NCBI GenBank assembly: GCA_965113315.1
Contig: OZ220363.1
Reading direction: 5' to 3' (one strand)
Length of the DNA: 64,000 nucleotides
From: Podarcis vaucheri
Lineage: Eukaryota
The notes under the pieces are model-generated. The model searched no databases, had not been told where the DNA came from, and saw only the letters and a list, made by a program, of their open reading frames with translations. Below are positions 22,901-33,625 of this stretch, piece after piece (the stretch's first letter is position 1; the number at the start of each line of letters is the position of its first letter). A program made the translations under genes and the position numbers.

Positions 22901-24965
22901 CCCGGAAAGGGTTTAACCTCTGGTTTCCTAGTAAAGCTGAATTACTGTGTTGCAAGTTGATGCATGCCTAAAAAGTGTGTCACCAACATGGAAAGTGGAA
23001 AGCTCTGCTTTAAACAGTGGAGCATGAGAGTGCCTGAAAAGGGTTTAAACATTCCACACTCTACTGGCCCTTTCCACCGCATGAATGGGGCAGACTCAGA
23101 TTTCAAAAGATGCAGTCTCATTATTGCCACATACAATATTGGGTCTCTGTCATTCCTCAGCTGGGAGACTCCTCATCAGAGGACAACCTGTAGACCCCAG
23201 CACTACTACAAGCCTGGGATCAGACTCATGCTGAGGTGAGGCCATCCACACCACAAGTGAGTTCAGCTTCTGGGGTTGTGTGTGCAAAGTCCTGAGTCTG
23301 GAGAAGAGATGGCACCTAAATGCTAGACAAGATCCACCTCAATAGAAGGGCCTGTCTGCAGACAAGCACTCCACAGGGGCCGATGAGACTTCTGGATGAA
23401 GGCAGCTGATAGGAGTCATCTGGATTTAGGGTGTGAGTCCAGCACTTCCAGCTCAAAAAAAAACCCCATACTTGGCTGGAAGAACTGCTGGAACAATGCT
23501 TTTGTGCCAGAACTGTGACAGATTTGGCTGACTGACTAGCCTAAGCCTGACCTCAGACCTGTCACCTGCCATGCCTTTGTTTGCCCATGGATTAAATTTG
23601 AAGATGACCTCAGACTATCCCGAGCTTGCCTCTCGCTAGGCTTCTTGTTTTAGGCCCTGATTACTTGGACCATAACCTTGGATACCACTTCTGCTTGTGC
23701 TCCTGTCAGTATTGCCTTAACCCTAATCCTGTTTCCTAAAGAATCTAGTGAGAGCAGTACAGCCCAATTTTGAACATGCATGTGTCCAATGCTTTTACAC
23801 TTCTAGCCTTATCTGCACTATTGAGAGACTTCTAATGTCAAAAGACTTTTAACACAGAGAGTTATATTTGGACCTGCTTATATCATGAAGATTATTTCTT
23901 TAAGAGGCTTTATTTTCTAACATTTTTCGGGTTGTACAAAGCTTCATCTTCTTTTTAAAGCCAGTGCAGTTTTTTGAACAACACTCGTAAAATAACATTC
24001 AAACAAAAACTAAGTGAAGTGTTAAAATAAGTCCATAAAGGGAGATATGGAAAAGATAGATTAAAGTGCTTTTACCAGATAAATTGGAAAGGCAAAATAT
24101 ACTGGACTGCTGAATGGGATAAATAAGTCTCAAGGAAAGTTGACCAAATGTTCCTGTACTTGTCTTTGTGTTCACATCAATGCATTACTAGTTCAAATAA
24201 GGAAAGGGAGTGTAAATCATTCATTCACTGTTGTATGGAAAGGAACAGCTTCTCCTTCCAGCACTGAAGCACCATTCATTTCTCTGACCCTGGAGCACAC
24301 ATGACTCAGGGCCCAGTGGTAAATTCCAAATAGCAGGAATGCAATTGTAAAACATGCATATATCTGAAATATAATGAAGTTTGCAGGACCAAATTAAATA
24401 ATTACCAGAACTCAAAAAGTGTTACAACTGAGCAGCCCCACATGAAGCGACAAAGAATTTGATTTCTGCTTCACATTGCTGTACAAAGCAAACTTTTAAA
24501 ACTCTCCCAATTTTACTATGTGGGGATTAAATTACCTTTGTTAGTTAAGTGGCAAACCACCAAAACAAACTGCATTTAGAGCTGATTTCATTATTACTAT
24601 TTTGGCCTAGAGAGAAGCAAAAGGCTTGCAGGAAAAATGACAGGGGAAAAGATTAAATATGAAGAGATCAAATTACATGTACCCATGGTCTGTTAGCAAT
24701 AGCAACTATCAGAACAAACAATACCAACAGAATCAAATTGCATTAGCATTACATTGACACATATGAGAAATGTATGTTTTAAGGCCTTACCCATTTTCTC
24801 CAGAATCTTGGGGGCTTTTTTCACAAGTAATTTATTTGCATATGGCTCATTTTCCAGCTCTCTGGTGTCTCGCTTCCTTTTCCCAGTTGTTTTTGCCTCT
24901 TTTTCTGATGGACACTCAGGAGACTTTTGTAGTTTCTTGTCCCTTGACTGCTTCCCAGGGGCCAT
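6496..24965 (-). CDS. DDB2: DNA damage-binding protein 2 (XPE; WD40 substrate receptor of CRL4-DDB1); 10 coding exons with two alternative exon 4s; 511 aa (4A) or 518 aa (4B)
   Basis: Exons 24965-24791, 21337-21207, 19926-19735, [18490-18345 or 15796-15630], 14205-14106, 13645-13468, 11978-11833, 11250-11086, 9501-9456, 6752-6496. All GT-AG with consistent phases. Hallmarks [38 protein letters not shown] (FQH hairpin), [15 protein letters not shown]. Confidence 0.97.
8293..8311 (+). promoter_or_regulatory. CTCF core motif
   Basis: GGCCACTAGATGGCAGCAG matches CCASYAGRKGGCRS; lies in the last DDB2 intron. Confidence 0.55.
8385..8979. mobile_element. Non-autonomous Tc1/mariner-superfamily element with internal GC-rich tandem repeats and a nested Penelope-like fragment
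   Basis: TA|CCGTATTTTTCCGTGTATAAGA...TCTTATACATGGAAAAATACGG|TA terminal inverted repeats; internal degenerate GCAATTGGCGGCTGC units about 8490-8755. Confidence 0.8.
8805..8886 (+). mobile_element. Penelope-like terminal fragment containing a minimal type I hammerhead motif
   Basis: GTAT-CTGAAGA-A-GTGTG-CATG-CACAC-GAAA-GC-TC-ATAC then TAGTTGGTCTTTAAGGTGCTAC, similar to the terminus of the Penelope remnant at 32.2 kb (GTCTTTAAGGTGCCA on the minus strand). Confidence 0.65.
9456..9501 (-). CDS. DDB2: DDB2 coding exon 9 (46 bp)
   Basis: ttgcag|CTCAAT...ATGG|gtgagt; [15 protein letters not shown](G). Confidence 0.94.
10417..10550 (-). mobile_element. tRNA-Lys-derived SINE with CR1-derived 3' tail
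   Basis: Minus strand reads TCAGTCGGTGGAG..TCTTAATCTCAGGGTGGTGGGTTCAAGCCC (tRNA-Lys-CTT-like), then GATTCCTGCATTGCAGGGG...CCCTTCCAACTCTACAATTCTATGATT, matching the CR1 tail at 4682-4757. Confidence 0.75.
11086..11250 (-). CDS. DDB2: DDB2 coding exon 8 (165 bp)
   Basis: ttttag|GCAACA...ATCTCG|gtaagt; [55 protein letters not shown]. Confidence 0.96.
11833..11978 (-). CDS. DDB2: DDB2 coding exon 7 (146 bp; FQH lesion-probing hairpin)
   Basis: ccccag|CATATT...ATCAAG|gtgaag; [48 protein letters not shown]. Confidence 0.96.
12480..12730 (+). mobile_element. Degenerate L1-like ORF2 C-terminal fragment
   Basis: Peptide AQILIASKW....PP......IWNLAE resembles the end of non-mammalian L1 ORF2 and the fragment at 62 kb. 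Confidence 0.4.
12758..12798. repeat. (TAAGAA/TAAGAT)n hexamer microsatellite
   Basis: Direct reading. Confidence 0.85.
13082..13283. mobile_element. Tigger/pogo-like MITE, family A copy 1
   Basis: TA|CAGTAGTACCTCGGGTTA...TAACCTGAGGTACCACTG|TA; closely similar to 48790-49016. Confidence 0.85.
13468..13645 (-). CDS. DDB2: DDB2 coding exon 6 (178 bp)
   Basis: ctgcag|GTATGG...GCAG|gtaaga; [59 protein letters not shown]. Confidence 0.96.
14106..14205 (-). CDS. DDB2: DDB2 coding exon 5 (100 bp)
   Basis: ttttag|TTTCTG...GAAAAG|gttagt; [33 protein letters not shown]. Confidence 0.95.
15630..15796 (-). CDS. DDB2: DDB2 alternative coding exon 4B (167 bp, phase 0->2)
   Basis: ttccag|AAAGGC...GTTTG|gtgagg; open frame [55 protein letters not shown](C); resembles the recalled chicken DDB2 peptide. 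Confidence 0.88.
16505..16821 (+). mobile_element. Sauria SINE, 5'-truncated, in the intron between DDB2 exons 4A and 4B
   Basis: B-box AGTTCGAATCC, body GCAAGTAGATAAATAGGTACC, tail CCCTTTACCTTTAC; homologous to 45252-45615. Confidence 0.88.
18345..18490 (-). CDS. DDB2: DDB2 alternative coding exon 4A (146 bp, phase 0->2)
   Basis: ttatag|ATGAGA...TGGGA|gtaaga; open frame [48 protein letters not shown](D); resembles the recalled human/zebrafish exon-4 peptide. Confidence 0.88.
19735..19926 (-). CDS. DDB2: DDB2 coding exon 3 (192 bp)
   Basis: taacag|TGTCTT...AAAGGG|gtaagt; [64 protein letters not shown]. Confidence 0.96.
19943..19976. repeat. (GA)17 microsatellite; reads (TC)n just upstream of the DDB2 exon 3 acceptor
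   Basis: Direct reading. Confidence 0.9.
21207..21337 (-). CDS. DDB2: DDB2 coding exon 2 (131 bp; start of DDB1-binding helix-loop-helix)
   Basis: tggcag|GAGAAG...AGAAAG|gtaggt; [43 protein letters not shown]. Confidence 0.9.
24791..24965 (-). CDS. DDB2: DDB2 first coding exon (exon starts at 24977 with 12 nt of 5'UTR)
   Basis: ctttctcag|TGATTTACCAGA ATG GCC...; [11 protein letters not shown]...GKRKR...APKILEKM(G)|gtaagg; basic N-terminal tail. Confidence 0.88.
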
Positions 24966-25159
24966 TCTGGTAAATCACTGAGAAAGACCAACAGAGTGGG
25001 GGATATAGTCATAGAAGAACTCTTTAGATTCTTAAGAAAAGTAGCATACATTTTTAAAGTAGCTTAAAATGGAAGTAAACAGCAAATGTAACATGAGATT
25101 TCAAGCCCCACCATTTCATAAATCCTCACCAATACTTTCTTATTATGCATTCTCTTTTT

Positions 25160-25340
25160 ACATTTATATCCTAGTTTTCTTCCATCATGGAACTCCAGAT
25201 AGCATGCAAAAGTTCTGAGGTGGTTCTGAGGAAGTGTGACTAGCCCAAGGTCACCCAGCAGCTGAATGTGGAGGAGCAGGAAGAGATAATCTGGTTCACC
25301 AGATTATGAGTCCACCGCTCTTAACCACTATACCACACTG
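25160..25340 (-). mobile_element. Old tRNA-derived (MIR/CORE-like) SINE fragment
   Basis: GTGTGACTAGCCCAAGGTCACCCAGC...GCTCTTAACCACTATACCACACTG; reverse reads CAGTGTGGTATAGTGGTTAAGAGC (A-box head). Confidence 0.6.
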
Positions 25341-27099
25341 ACTTTCCTTTCTGCAGGATCCAACAACCCCCTCAGTCAATTTCATTTTTCCCCAGAAACT
25401 AAGGATTGCTCGCTTAGTACTGTATAGGTATTATTCTCCCTTCCCTTGATCTTAAGAGGATAAGAGCAAGGAATATCAGAAAACAATGAATTGCCATGAA
25501 ATTGCCATAATTGAAGTTGTTCAATCTCTGAAACATCAGACGTTAGTAATTGACTGGATGAGGGCAAAACAGACTGAAGCTTAATCCAGACAAGACAGAG
25601 ATTCGGAACAGATAAAGTACGTCATTATGCAGCGCAGTTAAACCATGCAATCAACCTCCATAAAATAATATTCTTGTGTACAGTCTATAGATATTTTAAC
25701 TTGAAGCAGTCAAAAGCTGTTTAATTATTCTACAGTTGCATTTCACAATTATTATTTTTTTGAATTATTATTAAATTTATTACCTGCCCTTCATCAACAG
25801 CTCCCAGAGTGGGTTACAACAATTTAAAATTCAGTGTTAAAAACAGGTCAAACAAATAGTCACAGGAAAAGGTTGGTAACTTGAAACACACACACATCTC
25901 AGATGCCAAATGCTAGGGTAAATAAACAACAGCCCAGTAATGAGAAGCAGACCGGTAGTGGTTGTAAGCAGGGGGAGATGAAAAATCAGAGTGGGGTGGG
26001 ACTGCGTTCATATCAATTATTCTCAGCAGGAATAAAACCTCATTTAATTTTGAATAAAGCATACTAAAACGAACTGACTATATATTATTCTGTAAAGGCA
26101 ACATGCCTGGGGGGTGAAATAATGTGAAATAGCAAAAACACTTTGACAAACATACTCCAGTATCCTCAATCCAGCTTCTCCTGTTTTTCCCCCCTGCTGC
26201 TCTGAGGGGCTTCTCCCAAGTCCCAAGTGGGGAGGAGGAGGTCATCATTCATTCGTCTGATTGCTTAGGGACAGTCCTTAACAATGGTACTGCCTGCGGA
26301 GTGCCAAAGCATTGAAGCTACCTCCATGTTTTGTGCCCTAACTTTCTTCAGGAATGGTCAAGTGGTTTACTTTTTTATAAAAAATGAAAGTGAAAAATTG
26401 GGAGCGGGTTTCCTGCTGGTCTTGGGTCCCCCAAATCCTACTCCTTTTACCCATCTGTTAGCGGTCCTGGGTCAACCTGTATTCAAAAGGCACTGGAAGC
26501 AAATGTAGCCAATGGTTTCTAGACAAATTATGCCACTTCCTGCTCTTTCCAAATACATTTATAATAGTTTCCTAATGGCCATATGATATTTAATGACAAA
26601 GCAACTTATGTTACCACATGTTTATTATCAAGATAGATAAGTAGAAGGAGTTGTGGCATAGCTAGTGTGTGGCAGTGTGTATTTGAATATGAGACCCTCA
26701 GAACAAAATCCCTGTTTAACACCTTGTGCTGTCAGTGTCCTTAATAATAATAACAATGATGATACTTTGGGGCATTATTCAGTGGCTAAAAAGCTCCCCT
26801 TTCATGCTGACGGGGCAGCTGTAGGACGCTGGAGACAGGGACCTTCCTGCATGCAAAAAAAATTAACGGGTCTTCGACCCCTGCAACCCTGAAATACTAC
26901 ACCACTGATCTTAACACATAAAATATTTTCACCAGTCTGGAGCAATAGCTAAGTGCAATGATCAGAAAAGAAAGGAATAAATTCAAGAAACCATCGTAGA
27001 AGGAAATACTGCAGGGGGGCTACTCCTCCTCTCTCTCCCTCAAATACAGCACGTGAAACAACTTTCCGTTTTATGTAAGTTGAATATTATTAGCATACC

Positions 27100-27780
27100 A
27101 GAGGCGGGCCAAATAGTACAAGGCTGCCTAAATAGACCCGCCCGCCCTCCCCGCCCTGGACCAAAACGGAAAAAGCCCACCGCCTTTCAGGCGTGAGGGA
27201 ACTTTGAAATAAGGTTGGGGGCAGCAAGGCGGAGCCTGAAGCAAAGAAGGAGGTCCTTGGCGTCAGATAGCGAGAAGCAGGGAATGCAAGCGAAGGGGAG
27301 GGCTGTGTATCCTCCGAGGGGGGAAAAGCGCCTCCCGAGCGCGGGAGCTTCCGCCACAAGTTGCAAGGGGTGCAAAGGGAAAGCGGTAGCCAAGGGCGCC
27401 CCCTCACCTGAACTCCCTTGACCGCACGCTCCTTGCTAACGAGGCGGCTGAGGAGTGGGTGGACAAAAGGCGCGGGAAGAAGGAGCCGCCTCCTCGCCGG
27501 TTTCATAACCTGAGGGGGGGGGTAAAGGAAGGAAGGAAGGAGGGAACCGAGAAGAGCTTTACGCGGGAAATTAGTCGGGTTCCGGCGTGGCTTCGGAGTG
27601 GGAACCGTGTGGCTGGCAAGCGAGCAGGCAGCCTCCCTCGGCTGGGCGCTTTCTCTTTCCTCTCGCCGGAAGGAGGCGCCACGAAATGGTCTGCAGCTGC
27701 ACCGAGAAAGAGCTCTCCCCGCGGCCTTATGTTTACGTATAACCTAAACAAAGCTATAGCTTAGGGCCGCACTCTCTTAG
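27100..27780 (-). promoter_or_regulatory. CpG-island promoter of DDB2 with GC boxes, E2F-like and ETS-like sites
   Basis: High GC/CpG relative to the AT-rich flanks. CCCGCCC boxes near 27137-27156, TTTCCCGC on the minus strand at 27563-27570, CCGGAAG near 27666. Confidence 0.75.
27408..27510 (-). other. DDB2: Putative non-coding first exon of DDB2 (TSS approximate)
   Basis: Strong minus-strand donor CAG|GTGAG at 27408/27407 inside the CpG island. The ATG exon has an acceptor 12 nt upstream of the ATG, implying an upstream exon. Confidence 0.55.
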
Positions 27781-28068
27781 AGCCCCCCCCAAAAAAAAAA
27801 TTAAAGGGGAAAAAACGATGTACATTTCCGAAATATAAGATAGAAAACAAATAAAACCTATTTACAGCAACAGTGTTTTGTGTTGTGTAGGCTCCTTTTT
27901 GTTATGTGCAAATGGCTTTAGATACCTATTAGGTCCATAAATCACCATATAGCATATATTCAACACAAAAAACAGCGGCAATTTGTTGTTGACAAAGGAC
28001 AGCTGTACATATAAAGGGGCCCATTACCTTCAGTAGCTTTGGGCCTAATTAAACCTTAATCTGGCCCT
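27745..28068. mobile_element. Probable hAT-like MITE abutting the DDB2 promoter
   Basis: Ends GGGCCCATTACCTTCAGTAGC...TAATCTGGCCCTG (CAGGGCC-type TIR); left end unclear. Confidence 0.4.
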
Positions 28069-29798
28069 GATTGCACCAGAATTTGGCCCTGGCGCCCGAT
28101 TTATTTGTTCTTTAAATCGTAGGAAGAGAGATGCAGTATAGGAGGGTGATTGCTTCTTTAAGTGCCGCCGGGAAGCATCCTCAGGGGGAAAAGAAAATAC
28201 GTAGTTTATCTGAGCGTGTGCAGAGTGCCACGGCCATAACCACTGGCAGCTCAAGTGCACAAACAAGTTTGGCCTAAACTATACTCGAGCCCCGGTAGAA
28301 GTTAGCATAGGAGCCAACTCCTAAGGGCCGAGGGGGTCTTCGCCCTCTCCCCCCCAAAAAAATTGATCGGCATTGCCATTCAAATGGTGTGAGTGCACTG
28401 TGTCATGTGATTGATTATGCTGGTGGGGTTTACCTAGGGACACCCCCCCCAATATTTTATTCAGGTTGGCACCCCTGGCACTTGGAAACAGCTAATGGGA
28501 AAGTAGAGGTTGGGAGATAAATCCCCAAAAGGGAAAGAAATCCATGAATGTAGTGTGCTACATTTGTGACATTGTTTATTCTCCTGCTGGACGACACTCG
28601 TGGACATGGTTCAGTAGTGCATAAAAAGCTGGGAATCATGGAAAGTTCCAAGCTAGCATGGATTCATATATGAATGTTTCCCCATTTAAGAAATCCCATG
28701 CATGGGGGGGGGCATGTTAGGAAGGTGTGACAAGAATGGTATCTCAAATACAACATTTGCTACTTATTGTTTTTGCAATGTTTTAAATAGCTATTTTTAA
28801 CTTTTTCACTGGTAATTCCATTGTTTTATTCTTTTTATAAACAATTTTGAAGGTGTATTTTCTTACAATCGAGGTATAATGTTCTTTATTAAATAAATAA
28901 CATTACAGATTTTAGGCAGGAACCACTCGAATGTGATTCCTCATCCTACAGTCTGAAGCTATATGGTCAAGTTAAGAATTGCATCAAATGTTTCTGATTA
29001 TGTAGCTCAGTACTCTGGTTCTCATGAAGATGGAAGCTTTTCTATGCTTCTCTTAGGTGGCTGTTGTACTGTGAGATTGTGTTGCTGGCAGCCCCTTCCT
29101 ATACTTCAGGTTATTGACCACTAACTAAATCATGTGCCCATTAGGCAGGGATATCAGCCTGAAACCCTCTTTCTGGCTTGTATACATTCACCAAACCATC
29201 TGTACACTCCCTGCATATGTATGCAAATTTTTTATGTGTGGCCAGGGATCCTAAGCACACATAGTTTGGTAGCTCATTAAAATTAAGTTTCATTTCATTC
29301 TGTACCTTAAAACATGCAGAAGTCACCTAGGATTATTTTTTTACATGTATAATAATTTTAAATTAGCAGCAATCTTTCATGCATTTTGTCAATGTCAAAA
29401 GGAAAAGGACTTCCAGCACAGATTCATTATTAGGAAAGCAAAATGATGGACAAATGGCAGTACTCTGCCAGGAAGGAAAGAGCAATCAAGAGCTGCCAAA
29501 TGAGAGAGGGAAAGAACAATCAAATGCAAATTGCATCAGGCATATTTTAATCTATTATTGATGCTGCAATTGATTAAAAAGCCAAATTAATCAATTCATT
29601 ATTTCAGCTCTAATTGTATTCACAGTCAAACCTCATTTGAGTAAATTAAAAGGCACACATTGGATGCAGTTTACAAGCTACTTTTTCTGGAATAGTCTAT
29701 GCTGCTGTTCCGGATTATTCATTGCTCTCATTGTCTTCTTTTCAGAGACCTATGGATTCCCATCCATTGTCAATGGTCATTCAGTAACAGCAAATTGT

Positions 29799-29802
<4 letters not shown>

Positions 29803-29852
<50 letters not shown>
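29803..29852. repeat. (TA)n microsatellite, about 25 units
   Basis: Direct reading. Confidence 0.95.
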
Positions 29853-29854
<2 letters not shown>

Positions 29855-31726
29855 TGTTTCCTTTTACATCCTATTCATAAACCCTGAGACATCAGTTACT
29901 TCACCAGCTTGAGAAGGATATATAAATCAACAGCTAAAGGGAATGCTTTGCCATGGACTAATTGGGATTTTTGTCATACTAATTTGCCTTTGCTTCATAT
30001 TTGAAAGCATAAAACATACTGTATGTTCCTTCAAACTTAAGCTGATGCACACCCAGAAGTCTCATTGATTTTATTTTCTTTAGACAGCAGTATTTTTTCA
30101 TACTTTCTAATATTTGTATTGTTCCTTTTTTTATATTAAAAAATACAACAAAGATCATATTGAAAAAGAAGTCTCACTTTGTTCAATGAGATTTACTTCC
30201 AAGTAAATGCGCACAGAACTGCAGTCTTATAATTATGTTAAAAATAATGCCACAAGTGGATGTAGCATTAGAATAGGGGTCTGGATCTGGCCAACAGGCC
30301 ATCTCCCCTTGCCCACCCCCACCCACCCCCAGGCCAAGTTTGACAAGTGGATCTACCCACCTAATAATCACTAGATGTCACTTTGCCTGTGAAGTGTGCA
30401 CAACACTTGTCTGCTGCCAACAATCAGCTGGTGGGTGAGAGTGGGGAAGCCCTGTGCACAGGTCTATTTCATTCATTCTATTTCATTTATCCATCTATTT
30501 ATTTATTTTAATAATTGATATACCACTTAACTGCAATAGCCTCTAAGCAGTTTACAGAAATACAAGAGAAGCAATACAAATAATTTGAAACTATAATAAA
30601 TTTAAAATGCATGCTGGGATAAAAAAAAGGCTTGAGTAGGCACAGAGGTTCAGCAGCCTGTGTGATATTCAGTGCTGTGCAAGGAAGCGATTTCCCCTGT
30701 GCCAACAATTAGCTGATCATCGGTGTCTGCAACACACTTTAGTTGGATCAGGGCCACTGCCTCCCTTGCTGCCACCCTTCCTTGTAATTCAACACAACCA
30801 TTGCCTCAGTTTTGCATACCAGAAGACCAGGAACTAACCTTTCTGAGCAAGCACACTTGGCTCATTTCTGCTAACTCCCAAGGTGATTGTGGGTTTGTTT
30901 GTTTTTAAGATGGATTTTAATCTAGACAATTGTTTGTAGACAGAATATTACAGCTGAGCCGCTGTACTGAAGGGGGAAGGATCTTGCCCTGAGCAGTGCT
31001 TTGATGGGAAACCACCTGGGAATCATGTGTAAGCCACTCTGAGATTCTTGGAGGAAAAGCGGAGTATAATAAAGTGCAAACATATAATGAAAGACCTGGT
31101 GCGCTGAACCTGGGTGGCCCTGTTTTTATTGGTTTTGAAGCAAATGGATGCCACCCACAGAGAAGATAGCGGATCCTACATCCAAAGCAGACTCACCCAG
31201 CTATGTGGAAGTATAACAGTGTGTAAATAAATAAATAACCAAAGCAGGCTGATAAGGACCCGTGCTAATCTGTTTCTACAAAATACTGAGGACAACTGTT
31301 GGGGGTGTCAGTTTGGTACGGGGGAGAAGGGAAATTGAGCAAGAAGACTTATTTGGCCTGAGATCTTAAAGCAGGGACAGAGAACCTGTGACCTTCCATA
31401 CGTTGTTGGAACTCCTATCAGTCCCAGCTAGCAGGACCAATTGTTAGGGATTATTATTAAGTTGGAGTCCAGCATCTGTAGAGCTGCATGTTCCCTGGTC
31501 CTGATGCACAGTATCCTGGAGAGAGGAATTAGGAAGCTGAGGCTGTGTTCCATGGAGTTCAAAGCTGCCCACCCACACTCTGTATGGGAAGTTTCAGGAA
31601 GGAAGAAATATTTTCTTTTCACACTCTTCGGAAGCTTTACCTTTATGCATCAATAATGTGTTTAGGTTCAGAGCTGGATGTCAGTGCTGAACCTGAGACC
31701 TTTGAACATTATAAATAGCATGGGAA

Positions 31727-31825
31727 AAGGTTTCAGGCAGGTAGGTTTTGGGGGGGAATAGCGCCTTAAGACTTAAGGTTTCAGGCAGGTAGGCTGGGGG
31801 GGGGGGAAATAGCGTCTTAAGACTT
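31727..31825. repeat. Two-copy tandem duplication of about 50 bp
   Basis: AAGGTTTCAGGCAGGTAGG-(poly-G)-AATAGCGYCTTAAGACTT repeated at 31727 and 31775. Confidence 0.85.
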
Positions 31826-31948
31826 TTCTCTTTTTTCTGTCCCTTCCTGCAAACTCTGAACAGCATTACACGTCTTCTCTTCCAGCAGTGGCTGGAAGGA
31901 TGGAAGCATTCCTGTCAGTCTGCAGATACAAGGCAACATTTTGTTGTA

Positions 31949-32028
31949 CAGGGTGAGTCCTTTAAAAGAGGCCCCGTGGATACAGAGTACACATGTTCCA
32001 TGGGGCCTCTTTTAAAAGACTCGCCCTC
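31949..32028. mobile_element. 80-bp mariner-type hairpin MITE (MADE-like)
   Basis: TA|CAGGGTGAGTCCTTTAAAAGAGGCCCCGTGGA - 16 nt - TCCATGGGGCCTCTTTTAAAAGACTCGCCCTC|TA; 32-bp arms with 4 mismatches. Confidence 0.8.
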
Positions 32029-32214
32029 TATGTTCCATTTCAAGTGTCCTTATTTCAACTTTAGGATGCAGTGTAAATATTTATGAAAGATGAAAAATTG
32101 AACTGACTCATTAAATATTAAGAGAGTTATGTGTTTAGAAAAGAACAACAACAACAACAACAACACCCAGATACCTGGCCATGTTACCTGTCTTTTGTGG
32201 AAAAACCAGTGAAA

Positions 32215-33060
32215 TGTCTTCTGGCACCTTAAAGACAAACACATTTCTTATGAGGCAAGCCTTTGGGCACTACAGTCCATTTTCATAATATAATAATAAT
32301 AATAAATTTTATTTATATCCCACCCTCCCCAGCCGAAGCCGGGCTCAGGGCGGCTAACAACAATCAAATAATCAAATAATACAACATTCTAAAAACATTC
32401 CATTATAAAAATTAATTAAAATCAAATTGATGGCAACCGTTAAGCAAAATTCTGTGCAGATTGCCAGAGGAGGGAGTCAACCCTGACCAAAGGCCTGGTG
32501 GAACAGCTCTGTCTTGCAGGCCCTGCGGAAAGATGTCAGGTCCCGCAGGGCCCTAGTCTCTTGTGACAGAGCGTTCATCATATGCATGAAGTTTTATTCT
32601 GAGTTGTAAGTATATATACACTTTTTTTGGGGGGGGGGAAAGGATATTGTAAAAAGTGAGGTCAGAGGAAATGAAATGCAGAAAAGTACAATTACATACT
32701 TAACAGCAATAATTCACAAAACAATTCTTGATGGCACAGACATCCTAGCATTGGTAAGCCAATTAATACATATAATGTGCTAAAAATCCTTTGGCTTGGT
32801 TCAATCCACAAGTGATAGCATTGAAATTCTTATCTATTGTAATTCAGCAAGTCTCCCTTTGAACTTCATTTGTTCCATGGCTACATAGAGACTGGCCTGT
32901 TTGTCCTATGTTGAATGCCCAAGGGCATCACTGGCTGGTGATGCAGTAAATCACATTGGAAGATGAGCATGTGAATGAACCCTGCATGTTGTGGGTGGCA
33001 TTATTAGGTCCTGTAATAGTGTTATCAAAGTAATTATAAGACAAAGTTTGCATATAAGTC
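32215..33060 (-). mobile_element. Decayed Penelope-like retroelement 3' part (GIY-YIG endonuclease and terminus), interrupted by an L2-like insertion
   Basis: Minus strand translates CKLC...DNTITGPNN...GSFTCSSSNVIYCITSQ*CPWAFNIGQTGQSL (VIY...YIGQT-type GIY-YIG motif with a stop); terminus with TGATGAA...GTCTTTAAGGTGCCA. Confidence 0.75.
32287..32573 (-). mobile_element. L2-clade LINE 3' fragment with short-repeat tail
   Basis: (AAT)n-TTTATTTATATCCCACCCTCCCC...GGGCGGCTAACA...AAGGCCTGGTGGAACAGCTCTGTCTT; bounded by TTCAT direct repeats. Confidence 0.65.
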
Positions 33061-33374
33061 TGTCACAGCAGAATCTCTTTCCAAGGAAATGAGGGAGAAA
33101 AATCCACTACTGTCAGCATACTGCACAGACTATTGTGAGAGATCAACAGAATTTACCGGTAGTTTTAGAGGGTTTAAAAGACAAAGGATTTTTATCAATT
33201 TCCATCATCCCTGGCTATGCTTTCTAGGGCCAATGAGAGTTCTAGTTCGGCAACAGCTGGAGGGTCAAAGGTTACCCCTCCTGCTCCAGAGCAAGGCTGA
33301 AATTAATGTTTTTAAATATGTGGTTTACTCAAGAATATGGACTACAAGTCTGAGACCTAATCTGGATCAGGTTC

Positions 33375-33625
33375 CAGCCGTACCTCGGAAGTCGAACGGA
33401 ATCTGTTCCCAAAGTCCGTTCAACTTCTGAAACATTCAACTTCCAAAGCGTGGCTTCTGATTGGCTGCAGGAAGCTCCTTCAGCCAATCGGAAGCTGCAG
33501 AAGCCCTGTTGGATGTTCAGCTTCTGAAAGAACATTAGAAAACCGGAACACTCACTTCCAGTTTTCGATTGTTTGGGAGCCAAAACGTTCGGCTCCCAAG
33601 GCGTTCGGGAGCTGAGGTATGACTG
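33375..33625. mobile_element. Tigger/pogo-like MITE
   Basis: CAGCCGTACCTCGG...CTGAGGTATGACTG|TA imperfect TIRs; internal GATTGGCTG...CAGCCAATC palindrome. Confidence 0.7.

Noticed and set aside
22464-23700. 163-aa ORF and an LTR-like stretch in a DDB2 intron
   Set aside because: No homology recognised and no clear LTR termini or splice-compatible frame.
26000-27800. p53 response element like the one in the human DDB2 5'UTR
   Set aside because: Only isolated imperfect half-sites were seen (e.g. CAACATGCCT near 26099); no paired RRRCWWGYYY decamers by eye. A PWM scan would be needed to exclude it.
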